UHGV virus genome: UHGV-0036741
DNA length: 38,952 nucleotides
Direction: 5' to 3' (one strand)
DNA from: a virus
Position numbers and translations under genes: made by a program. The notes under the pieces are model-generated. The model was not told the DNA's origin and made no database searches. It saw nothing but the letters and a program-made list of their open reading frames with translations. Shown in pieces: positions 6,904 to 15,818 of the stretch; position 1 is the stretch's first letter, and every line of letters starts with the position of its first letter.

Positions 6904-8448
6904 TTACTGTGACCAAATGACTGCGTTCTGACCGTTGATATAGCCCTTCCACATTACACGGAAGAATAAGCCATCAACATATTGGTCGGACGAGTTGTTG
7001 CCTGCCTGCAAGGTAATACCCGTACATAGCTCACCTTGACCGTCCAGACGTCTGTCCTGACGACCACCAATAGCGCCATATGGCCCATTCCATGCCACAC
7101 CGGACAGCCAGATATCCCGGAGTGCCCCATCACGGATTCGCTCCAGAGCAGAGCCTAATGAGTTCGCGCCCGGAATGATACTAAAGATGGTCGGACCCCA
7201 ATCTTGGGTGATATCACCATTACCGTGAATACGGTGCGCTCGGTCCCCAAAGTTAATCTGTACAGACTGGTTGAAGATGGAGGGCCACGCAATGGCATCC
7301 TTCCCATCATACGTCCCGCGAGTAACGATTCGACTGGTACTGAACGTGCCATCCCCGACGAAGATGAAAGACTCAACGCCCGGCAGTCGTAGGTCCCTGA
7401 CAGTTAGTAGGGCACCTGCATCAACCTTGTTCCAGTACGCCGCCAACTCAGCCTGTCCACCATCCGCTTCAAAACGATTGGCATATGAGCGGTGTTCATT
7501 GGCAGGGTCAGGAACATTAGGGTTGACCGGAAGGGTCATCTTGGTTCCCCAGCGCACTTCTGGAATAGTGGTGTCCACGCTTTGGATGAGGCTCGCTAGG
7601 TCGTTCATGTCTTCCAGTTTATCGGCCTCTTCCTTAGCGCGCTCAGCGTCAGCCTTAGCGGATACCTCAGAAGCCTTAGCGTTGGTCTCAGATACCTTCG
7701 CGTTATCCTCGGAGACCTTCGCGGCGTTCTGTGAAGCCAAACTCGCAGCAGCACTAGCAGAAGCAGCATTGGCGCTAGCGGAAGCCTTACGGGAATAGTG
7801 ATAAGAGGAGAACTCAGAGTCGACCACAGGAGCATCCTCAGCCTTCTGCGCCCAATCGTGCGCTAGGTTCTCAGAGTTCTTTGCGTTGGTCTCAGAGGTT
7901 TTCGCCTTGGTCTCGGAAGCCTTAGCGTTATCCTCGGATACCTTCGCGGCGTTCTTTGAGTTCAGGGCTGATTCGTTCCACCGGGTGACTTGACCTAAAG
8001 TGATTGCGTCACCGGGGTCTACACCATCCGCTACGTTTACGATACGACGACCACGAGCATCGAGGTTGCCATCGTTGTTCACGCCAATGGTATCAGCCGT
8101 AAGGTCACGAGCCTCTTCTGCTACGTGCAGCGTCTGTACCTGTGAGATGTTCAAATCGTAGGCCCGAAGGATTGAACCATCGGTGAAGTCCACGAGTCGC
8201 TCGGTGGCAGACGTATAGCGTCGAACCTCAATCAAGGTGTAGTTATCAGCCGGACCCCAAGCTCGCGTAGTGGAGATGGTGGTCTTGGTGGCGAAGCGAT
8301 AGTCCTGATTAAGAATCAACTCTTTACGGTCTGGACCGATTAGCGTTACTCGGACGAACTTACGCGCTAGGTACTCGAACGGAACATTAAAGTCAGTCGT
8401 CGAGCCATCCAGCGGGTAAGTCATAACTGTCTTAATGTCCACAGCCAT
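6904..8448 (-). CDS. 17: Tail fibre protein (gene 17), 514 aa: conserved N-terminal tail-attachment domain, repetitive shaft and divergent C-terminal receptor-binding region
   Basis: The N-terminus MAVDIKTVMTYPLDGSTTDFNVPFEYLARKFVRV... is gp17-like for about 150 aa. The remainder is unrelated to the T7/T3 distal domain. Confidence 0.9.
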   Translation of the reverse strand: MAVDIKTVMTYPLDGSTTDFNVPFEYLARKFVRVTLIGPDRKELILNQDYRFATKTTISTTRAWGPADNYTLIEVRRYTSATERLVDFTDGSILRAYDLNISQVQTLHVAEEARDLTADTIGVNNDGNLDARGRRIVNVADGVDPGDAITLGQVTRWNESALNSKNAAKVSEDNAKASETKAKTSETNAKNSENLAHDWAQKAEDAPVVDSEFSSYHYSRKASASANAASASAAASLASQNAAKVSEDNAKVSETNAKASEVSAKADAERAKEEADKLEDMNDLASLIQSVDTTIPEVRWGTKMTLPVNPNVPDPANEHRSYANRFEADGGQAELAAYWNKVDAGALLTVRDLRLPGVESFIFVGDGTFSTSRIVTRGTYDGKDAIAWPSIFNQSVQINFGDRAHRIHGNGDITQDWGPTIFSIIPGANSLGSALERIRDGALRDIWLSGVAWNGPYGAIGGRQDRRLDGQGELCTGITLQAGNNSSDQYVDGLFFRVMWKGYINGQNAVIWSQ

Positions 8449-8493
8449 TGTGACCTCCTTATGTTAATGTGAAGGGAGGACCGAAAGTTGGCC

Positions 8494-8516
8494 TCTCCCT
8501 TTAGTGAGGGTTATTG
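8494..8516 (-). promoter_or_regulatory. T3-type promoter phi17
   Basis: TCTCCCTTTAGTGAGGGTTATTG. Overlaps the gene 16 stop, as in T7. Confidence 0.8.
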
Positions 8517-11500
8517 TTTCTTAGGTGGTTCCTTGATGCGAATCCCATTGGCCTCATAGATTTTCATAATGAGTTGCTGGGAGAGAGGGTCGTTAGGGAC
8601 AATCTCACGCATGGTGTTGAACATCCCGGTACGGAACTCCAACTCGGAAGCCTTGTTCGGTGAGGACAGAAGGGACGCAGCATTAATCACTGTACCACCA
8701 ACCTGACCAGCGAACCCTAAAGCCGGAATCTGCTCAGCCAGAGCGCCACCAATCATACCAGTGACCTGACGACCAGTGACCGCCTTGGTACGGTCTCGTT
8801 CCTCTTTCTCCTTCGGTAGAATCGTGGAGCGGGTGTACTTGTAGGTATCATCCCCAAGCATCCCAGCGAACATGTCGTAGACACTCAACGGAGCACCCAA
8901 GTGGGAACTACGGGAGATTGACGCATGGGCAATCATCTTCGGGTCCAAGGCGTTCTTGAGGTATTCCTTACGCTTGTGCTCTTGGAGCGCGTAAGACTTC
9001 AAGTGTGCCTGCCCAACGTAGTAACCACCAGCCAGCCCCATAGACAGCACAGAGGTCAGAGCCATGTCAATCGCTCGGTTGTTCTTCGTGGCCTCATAGA
9101 AGCTTCGGACGAACCGCGAGTTCAGTGACTTGATGACGAAGTTCTTGAACTGCATCACCATCTTGATGCTGGCACCGTAAGCCGTTGCATCCTGTGAGGA
9201 AACCTTATGAGGACGCAGCATGGTCTCATCGGCAACCTTATCAGCCAGACGCCACAGGTCCATAGTGCGCGGGTCATTAGCGAACGCCTGCTTGTCACGG
9301 ATAGTGAACTTGCCCTCAGCGTCACGAGTCGCGTGGTCACGGAACAACTGCTTAATCCCATTCCACTGCTCTTTGCTGATAGAGGCAGACTTAAGGTAAT
9401 TCGCTTTGCCGAACTTGGAGCCTTTACCTGCAAGGGCAGCACCAGCCACATCACCCAGCACACCCTGTCGGGCAGCGTCGAGAATGTAGTTAGTGGTTCC
9501 ATTAAGCATCTTCGTCCACGGAGAACGAGCGGCTAACTCTTGGGTCCCGAAACGAATCGTCCCGACAACCTCAGCAGCTACCACATTGGTGTCAGTGGAC
9601 TCACGCAGTCGTCTAACATGGTCCTCACGGCCCGGACGGATTAACTGGTCGAGTTCCTTACCGAACACCATACTGTGAATCTCCTTAATCTCGGAGGCAC
9701 GTAATGGCTTGCCACGGTTGACCCAATCGTTAATCACAGGGATACCATGAGTGACCGCAGAGACGTTACCTTTCGCCAGCATACCAGCAATCTCCGTGAA
9801 GTTCTGGAGAGGCATGTAGAAGTTCTTAGCGAAGAACGTTAGGTCATTCAGCGAACGCAAGGCTGTACCGAAAGCTCCCTCCGGGTCCTGTCGAGCACGA
9901 CCAGTGAGAATCTTAACGGTATCCTTAAGGGCTTCTACTTCACCCTTCATGGAGCCTTTACCTTCCGACTGCTTGTCCAAGGCCATGATTTCATCCTTGA
10001 GTTCCTTAGTGGTCTTACCGGAGCCGCCCATGATTGCAACGTCACCATCAACTCGACGGTCGTATGCAGGCAGAATGTCAGCCATATCGTAAGTCCTTAA
10101 GTCATTCACGGAGAACGTTTGACCGTCTGGAAGGGTAACAGCCATGTCGCTGTCGAACATGTTACGGGCCTCAAGGAAGTTGTTATTCTCGATACCGACC
10201 AGACCCTCAATGTTTTCCTCAATGATAGAGGACGCAGAGAACTGTTCGGTGTGGGAGATACCGTAAGCCTTGTCCATAGCGTGACGCTGGACCATCTCAG
10301 GGGTAACTTCCTGTACTGACTTGAGGCCGTTAAGCTCCATCAGATACTCATCGACACGTGCCTTGACTTCTGGGCGAGCACGATAGGAGGTCAGCCAGCT
10401 ACCAGCGATTGCCTCTTGGAGACCCTCGTTGCCGTAGCGGTTAATCATGTCCATCTTAGCTGCTCGGTCGTACACGTTAGGCACGTAGGTTCCCTTATGG
10501 CGACTGCCGGGGAAGATACTGACTGCCTTGGCGTTACCGAAGATTGCCGGATTCTCCATGATTTCACGCTTGAGGTCGAAGTGGTTTTTCAGAATGTCCA
10601 TCACCTTACGTTCACCTTTGGTCAGGTTCGCTTGGAGTTCTGGACGCTCGATAGCCAGCGCGGCTCGCTTGTAGATTTCCTGACGGATTTCTTTGCGGCT
10701 CATACTGGCCCCACCAGTGGAGAACTCAGGGTCCTTCATCGCGATACGCACAGCATCATAAAGCTGATTATAAGTGCGCTGATTGTTCGCGTGGAGTCGC
10801 TCCTTAATGTCAGAGGAGGTCGCACCGAACTTACCGGAAGTCCCTGACTCCATACCAGTCGGAGAACGAACGAGGTCAGACGCGATACGGCGAATGCCTT
10901 CATTCTCAGAGCGGAGAGTCTTAAGGCCAATCTCGGTGAATCCACCAAGGGAGATACCTCGTGCTGCTCGCTCAGGGTTGACCTGCTCGAACTCGCTCAG
11001 GGTCTGCGGGTTTAACGGGTTGGTGTCGCTAAGGATTTGACCTTGAGGCAACACAACGGCACCCGGCTCAGTCTCCAGAGACGAATACTGAACGCCAACA
11101 TGCTCACGGTCGAACACTCGGTTCTCGCTAGGCATCTTGGTCAGGTCCTCACCGCCTGCGTTAAAGGCAGACTCACGGGCTTCTAAGCGTTGTGCCATAG
11201 GGGCGAAGTCGTTGATAACCTCGGTCCCACGAGAGCGTCGAATGCCTGCGGCGATAGCGTCACTGATTGCACTCATGCCAGCACCGAACATAAGGCCACC
11301 CAAAGCTGCATCCGCGTAGTGAGCTTCACCGCCAGCCACAGAGGTACGCAGCGCCTCAGAGCCAACCGCAAGGGCTGCACTTTGAGTACCCACTACGAAA
11401 GCCTTGTTGACCACCTTGAGACCTTTACCTGCCACACCGACAAGCGGAACGTAACTCAGAGGGTCCACACCTGCGCCAATGATACCAGCAGTCAGCTTTG

Positions 11501-12473
11501 CGCCAACTCCCGCATCGGATGCTCGTGAGTCCATCTCATAGTTATCGTTAGCCATCTTAATGAGGGCGTCGAGGTTCTCAGGTGAACCGCCAGTTACCAC
11601 GTTGATGTAGTCTGGATTCTTCACCTCCTTACGAATACGGTCAAGCTCTTCTGGAGTCCATGTATGACTGTTCCAGCGAGTCGGAGTAATGGTGTCCTTA
11701 AACACATCGAAGCCATCATCAACACGACCAGCACGAAAGGCCACACCAAGTACGGAGTTGTGTAGCTCGGCACTTGTTGCATCCCCGATACCGAAGAAGG
11801 TTGAGCGTGAATTGAACTCTTCAACCGTTGTCCCGGTCTTCTCCCAAAAGTCCTTCGCGTAGGGAACATTCGGAGCCTTCTGCTCGGTCCCTTCCACCTT
11901 AAGGCCAGTCGATTCTGGAAGCTCAGTGCCTACCTTTCCAGCCTTTGCGATTCCAGCGAAAGCCTCATCAGCGGGGATTCCTTTGGCCTTTGGGGTGATA
12001 CCGCCGAACGCCTCAAAGTCTCCCTTACGCGGGCTGTTAGCCACATCCATAAGGTTGCGCATGTAGTTGCGACCTTCCTCAGAGATAGCGGCCCAATCGC
12101 CTTTATCGTAAGCCTGAACCTGCGGAGCACCGTTGCGTCCCTCACCTTGGTTGTACGCTAAGGCAGCTTTAAGCTCATCCCCATCGTATTTCCTGATGAG
12201 GTCACTCAGGTGTCGAGCGGCTGCATCCACAGCCAACTCAGGGTTATAACGGTCATCATCGTCACCGCCAGTAACGTTCAGGCCGAGACCTTTGGCTGTA
12301 CCTTTGGTGAACTGCATGAGACCCAGCGGACCTGTCGGGCTTTTGGCCTTCGGGTTGAAGCTGGATTCATTGAACGCCAGTTTACGAAGCAGGTCATAGG
12401 AGACCCCATGATTGTCTGCCGCTTTTTGAAATAAGCCATCGTATTCACTAGGCTTGTTCTTATCGTAGCTCAT
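8511..12473 (-). CDS. 16: Internal virion protein D (gene 16) with N-terminal lytic transglycosylase domain, 1320 aa
   Basis: gp16-like throughout. SLT motif GLMQFTKGTAKGLG near the N-terminus. Confidence 0.95.
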   Translation of the reverse strand: MSYDKNKPSEYDGLFQKAADNHGVSYDLLRKLAFNESSFNPKAKSPTGPLGLMQFTKGTAKGLGLNVTGGDDDDRYNPELAVDAAARHLSDLIRKYDGDELKAALAYNQGEGRNGAPQVQAYDKGDWAAISEEGRNYMRNLMDVANSPRKGDFEAFGGITPKAKGIPADEAFAGIAKAGKVGTELPESTGLKVEGTEQKAPNVPYAKDFWEKTGTTVEEFNSRSTFFGIGDATSAELHNSVLGVAFRAGRVDDGFDVFKDTITPTRWNSHTWTPEELDRIRKEVKNPDYINVVTGGSPENLDALIKMANDNYEMDSRASDAGVGAKLTAGIIGAGVDPLSYVPLVGVAGKGLKVVNKAFVVGTQSAALAVGSEALRTSVAGGEAHYADAALGGLMFGAGMSAISDAIAAGIRRSRGTEVINDFAPMAQRLEARESAFNAGGEDLTKMPSENRVFDREHVGVQYSSLETEPGAVVLPQGQILSDTNPLNPQTLSEFEQVNPERAARGISLGGFTEIGLKTLRSENEGIRRIASDLVRSPTGMESGTSGKFGATSSDIKERLHANNQRTYNQLYDAVRIAMKDPEFSTGGASMSRKEIRQEIYKRAALAIERPELQANLTKGERKVMDILKNHFDLKREIMENPAIFGNAKAVSIFPGSRHKGTYVPNVYDRAAKMDMINRYGNEGLQEAIAGSWLTSYRARPEVKARVDEYLMELNGLKSVQEVTPEMVQRHAMDKAYGISHTEQFSASSIIEENIEGLVGIENNNFLEARNMFDSDMAVTLPDGQTFSVNDLRTYDMADILPAYDRRVDGDVAIMGGSGKTTKELKDEIMALDKQSEGKGSMKGEVEALKDTVKILTGRARQDPEGAFGTALRSLNDLTFFAKNFYMPLQNFTEIAGMLAKGNVSAVTHGIPVINDWVNRGKPLRASEIKEIHSMVFGKELDQLIRPGREDHVRRLRESTDTNVVAAEVVGTIRFGTQELAARSPWTKMLNGTTNYILDAARQGVLGDVAGAALAGKGSKFGKANYLKSASISKEQWNGIKQLFRDHATRDAEGKFTIRDKQAFANDPRTMDLWRLADKVADETMLRPHKVSSQDATAYGASIKMVMQFKNFVIKSLNSRFVRSFYEATKNNRAIDMALTSVLSMGLAGGYYVGQAHLKSYALQEHKRKEYLKNALDPKMIAHASISRSSHLGAPLSVYDMFAGMLGDDTYKYTRSTILPKEKEERDRTKAVTGRQVTGMIGGALAEQIPALGFAGQVGGTVINAASLLSSPNKASELEFRTGMFNTMREIVPNDPLSQQLIMKIYEANGIRIKEPPKKQ

Positions 12474-12493
12474 GGAGCCTCCTTATGTCACTG

Positions 12494-14737
12494 TTAGTCT
12501 TCTTTACGCCCATAGATGTACTTAGGCGTAGCTCGTTGTTTCTCACGGACACGCTCACCAGCGGCCTTACGTGCCTGCGTAGCGCGGCTAATTGGTGCTC
12601 GCTTGTTGGCGTCCTTAAGAGCCTTCTCACGTGCTGCCTCAGCCTGCATCTGTGCGGTTCGCTGATACTCACGCTGGAGCAACTCTTGGTCATACCGAAT
12701 GCGAATCTGCCCGGTTGTATCCATCAGGTAGATTGAGTCGCCCTGTTGATACACGGAAAGTTGCTTATTGGTAATCCAAGGGTTGGCCTTGGTGATTCCC
12801 TTAATGGCCTCATCCAGAATGTTCTTACCCTGTTCCCATGAGCGCGGGTCATCGGAGACCGTTAAGATGTTCTTCGGTAGAACACCATAGGTGTTGCCTT
12901 CAACATCATCGCTGGAGAACGTGGTGGTAGAATCACTAAGGAACTTTGCCACCTGCTCAGTCGCCATGTCAGGGTTGCCAGTGCGGTACTTAACGGAGTC
13001 GTAAATCTTCCGGGCGTACCCTTGGATAGACGACGGCATGTACTTGATTTGAGGATTGGTGGAGTCGTTCATCATAGCCGCCCACGCTCGGTCGTCCTCA
13101 AACTGCATCTCCTTGGTCTTCGCTGTGCGGGACTTATCGGAGTCAATCAGTACCTGCGGGTCAATCCCTTGGTTGTCCAGCATGTCCATCGTAAGGAACA
13201 GTTCGGCCTTATCGGGGTATAAGGAAGCAATCAGGTCAGGGTCAGTGTTTCGGATTCGACGGAGGTTATCCATCGCTGGGGTACTCGCTGGCATCTTACC
13301 GTTAATCACAGCGGCTTGCCATTCGTTACCTGCGTCCGTAATCATCTCACCCATAGCGGTACGGAAAGCACCTTCCTTGGAGTCTGCCCGGAGGTAGTCT
13401 AATTTCAGCTTATCTTTCTGCGCATCGCTAATGTCCATCGCCTCAATCTCAGCCAGCTTGTTGTTGGCGTAGTTGACCATATCGCTGTGCGTGAACTCAC
13501 CAGTGTTCTCATTGGTCGGCATGTCCTTATAGGAAGTCGAAACGTATTCCCCACTGATTCGCTTCTGGAACTGCGCATCGATGACCGAGGTTTTATTCAT
13601 TGTCTTCTGTTGCTTGTCCATCAGCTTGGCTGTCTCAGCGGCCTCCTGCTTGAAGCGAGTCTGCATCTGCTCTTGGGCCGCGATAAGTTGCTGGCGCTCA
13701 GGAGTCATCTCTTCACCCGGTTGAATCTTATCGAGTTCAGCCTTGATACCTTGGAGGGTCTCCCAGCCTTTACCAACGTCCGCTTGGTTCAACGCAGAGT
13801 TAATGTCCAGTCGGAACCGTTCGTAACGCTTAGCGTCGTTGGTGAACTGCGAGTGCTGTGCCTTGACCATCATGGCCTGCCACTGTTCGTCACCCATAAG
13901 TTCACGATAGGTAGTCGTTGCGCCATTGAGTGTCACCTTACGGTTCTCAACGGACTGCAAGAAGTTTGCACCACCCGGACGCTGAATCACATCGTTGAGC
14001 GACCCCATGATTACCTGTTGGGCCTGTTGGTCGGTCATCCCGGTTACTAAGGAGTTGTCGATGTAGTTCTGGAAGAACTCACCGGACTCAGGACGAGACA
14101 GAAGGTCAGGGTCCGAAAGGACTCCGTTAAGTTCCACCTTTGAGTTAAGGATGGCACCCTTCTGTGCTTGGTCGCTAAGGAACACATCGTGAGCACCATA
14201 GATGGCAATGTTACGTTCAGTGATGTTGGCGTTGAAACCTTTCTGGTATTCTTCGTCAATCTCATTGATACCAAACTGCTCAGCGAATGACTTCGAGTGC
14301 TCCTGTAGGCGAGAGTATCGATACTGCTCCAGTTCCTCACGAGTACGGAAGCGTCCCTCTTTGATTGCCTGTTGCACCTCATCGTCTACCAAGAAGGCCG
14401 CATTACGACCAGTCTTGAACTTGAGGGCCTGCATTGCGTATGGGTCATCCTGATACAACAGTGTGCCGTTCTGGATAGCCTGTCGGCGTTGCTCAGGGGT
14501 CAGCTTACGGATAATCTCGTTGGAGCGCTCATCGGCTCGTTGCTTATCGAGAGCGTCCTTAGCCATGTACATATCGGCACCAGCCTTTGCGAATCGACCA
14601 ATGGAGTCCAGAAGACTTCCCTTTGGTTGTTCCTCGCGAATCGTTGCGGCCCGATAGTCCATCCCCTTTACTCCCCGGAGTCGTTCCATTCCGGGAGTCG
14701 CCATGTTACCTAAAACTGTGTTGAGTTTACTAGCCAT
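12494..14737 (-). CDS. 15: Internal virion protein C (gene 15), 747 aa
   Basis: Same length and position as T7 gp15. Coiled-coil-rich core protein. Confidence 0.9.
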   Translation of the reverse strand: MASKLNTVLGNMATPGMERLRGVKGMDYRAATIREEQPKGSLLDSIGRFAKAGADMYMAKDALDKQRADERSNEIIRKLTPEQRRQAIQNGTLLYQDDPYAMQALKFKTGRNAAFLVDDEVQQAIKEGRFRTREELEQYRYSRLQEHSKSFAEQFGINEIDEEYQKGFNANITERNIAIYGAHDVFLSDQAQKGAILNSKVELNGVLSDPDLLSRPESGEFFQNYIDNSLVTGMTDQQAQQVIMGSLNDVIQRPGGANFLQSVENRKVTLNGATTTYRELMGDEQWQAMMVKAQHSQFTNDAKRYERFRLDINSALNQADVGKGWETLQGIKAELDKIQPGEEMTPERQQLIAAQEQMQTRFKQEAAETAKLMDKQQKTMNKTSVIDAQFQKRISGEYVSTSYKDMPTNENTGEFTHSDMVNYANNKLAEIEAMDISDAQKDKLKLDYLRADSKEGAFRTAMGEMITDAGNEWQAAVINGKMPASTPAMDNLRRIRNTDPDLIASLYPDKAELFLTMDMLDNQGIDPQVLIDSDKSRTAKTKEMQFEDDRAWAAMMNDSTNPQIKYMPSSIQGYARKIYDSVKYRTGNPDMATEQVAKFLSDSTTTFSSDDVEGNTYGVLPKNILTVSDDPRSWEQGKNILDEAIKGITKANPWITNKQLSVYQQGDSIYLMDTTGQIRIRYDQELLQREYQRTAQMQAEAAREKALKDANKRAPISRATQARKAAGERVREKQRATPKYIYGRKED

Positions 14738-14739
14738 TA

Positions 14740-15333
14740 TTACCTCCCGGTTTTGGTCCCTTTAGCTGCGCTGATAGGAGCCGCTTGGCTTCCTCCTTTA
14801 CCGGAGAATCCACCAGACGCGTACTGACTTGCAGCCTCAGAAGCCATGATAGACAGCGGGTCAAGAACTCGCATCAGACCAGACTTACCTTTAGCTTCGC
14901 CCTTGTAGATGGCTGACACTTGGCTTGCGGTTGACTCGACTCGACCTACCTGTTGCGCAAAGATACTCGCATAGTCTCGTTGGTAGTTATCGGTGACGCT
15001 ATTGGCCTCCCGAATGTACTTGCCCTCTTCGAGACGCTTGATGCGCTTCATGGATTCACCTTCGAGCATACCCTCTCCGATAGCCGCCCGGATTGTTCCC
15101 ATAGCCTGTACCTTCTGCATGTTCCGCGAGGTCAGGTCCATAGAGGCCGCTTCGAGGGCGTCTCGTTGTTCCAGAGAGGCATTGGCGTTCTTGATGTTCA
15201 TCTCTTTGACCATTTCGATAGCCTGTCGGCGTCCCGCTTCGGTCTGTGCCACACGCGCCTTATCAGCACTGTTCTGGCTACTTAGAGCTTGAGCACCCAT
15301 CATCGCGATAGGAATTGCCGCCATCCAGCACAT
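14740..15333 (-). CDS. 14: Internal virion protein B (gene 14), 197 aa
   Basis: Position and size match T7 gp14. Confidence 0.85.
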   Translation of the reverse strand: MCWMAAIPIAMMGAQALSSQNSADKARVAQTEAGRRQAIEMVKEMNIKNANASLEQRDALEAASMDLTSRNMQKVQAMGTIRAAIGEGMLEGESMKRIKRLEEGKYIREANSVTDNYQRDYASIFAQQVGRVESTASQVSAIYKGEAKGKSGLMRVLDPLSIMASEAASQYASGGFSGKGGSQAAPISAAKGTKTGR

Positions 15334-15335
15334 AG

Positions 15336-15746
15336 TTACCTCCTATTGATAGTGAATAGTTGAAATTGACCATCAACGGTAAACTCATTATGGAATACCG
15401 CACCTATGGTCTTTAGGAAACGAATGTGTGACTTATTGCCTACCCATACGAAGTTCCATATGGACTCGTATTTGTTAAGCATCATATCACGATATTCAAT
15501 GATAAGTCTACGGAAGTCTCTCTTCATGGGAGCCGAAAGGTTCCACACTAAGTTAGACGTTACGAACCACACTCGGTCTCCCTGATTGCCACCCAAGGCT
15601 AACACAGAGTCGCCCAATAGCATGGCTACAGTGTTTTCATCATGAGTTACTTTAGGTTCAACACCCATAGCTTCTGCCTCAAGTTTGTCCTCTAGGGACG
15701 GCTCGAAGCGGTCAACATGGCTTTGTAAACACTTTGTTATATACAT
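15336..15746 (-). CDS. 13: Gene 13 protein (internal virion protein A / assembly), 136 aa
   Basis: Position and size match T7 gp13. Follows promoter phi13. Confidence 0.8.
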   Translation of the reverse strand: MYITKCLQSHVDRFEPSLEDKLEAEAMGVEPKVTHDENTVAMLLGDSVLALGGNQGDRVWFVTSNLVWNLSAPMKRDFRRLIIEYRDMMLNKYESIWNFVWVGNKSHIRFLKTIGAVFHNEFTVDGQFQLFTINRR

Positions 15747-15775
15747 AATGCTTTAACCCCTCGTATCTATTAGTG

Positions 15776-15798
15776 TCTCCCTTTAGTGAGGGTTAATT
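15776..15798 (-). promoter_or_regulatory. T3-type promoter phi13
   Basis: TCTCCCTTTAGTGAGGGTTAATT, exact. Confidence 0.85.
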
Positions 15799-15818
15799 CA
15801 CCGAAGGGAGACTTTAGG

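Noticed and set aside
7271-7798. 175-aa plus-strand ORF inside the tail fibre gene
   Set aside because: Antisense to gene 17. Ala/Ser-rich low-complexity translation caused by the repetitive shaft region.
10416-10847. 143-aa plus-strand ORF inside gene 16, plus the other plus-strand ORFs of 60-190 aa throughout the window (for example 13487..14050, 20140..20667, 26625..27158, 31669..32457)
   Set aside because: All are antisense to well-supported minus-strand genes and lack RBS and promoter context.
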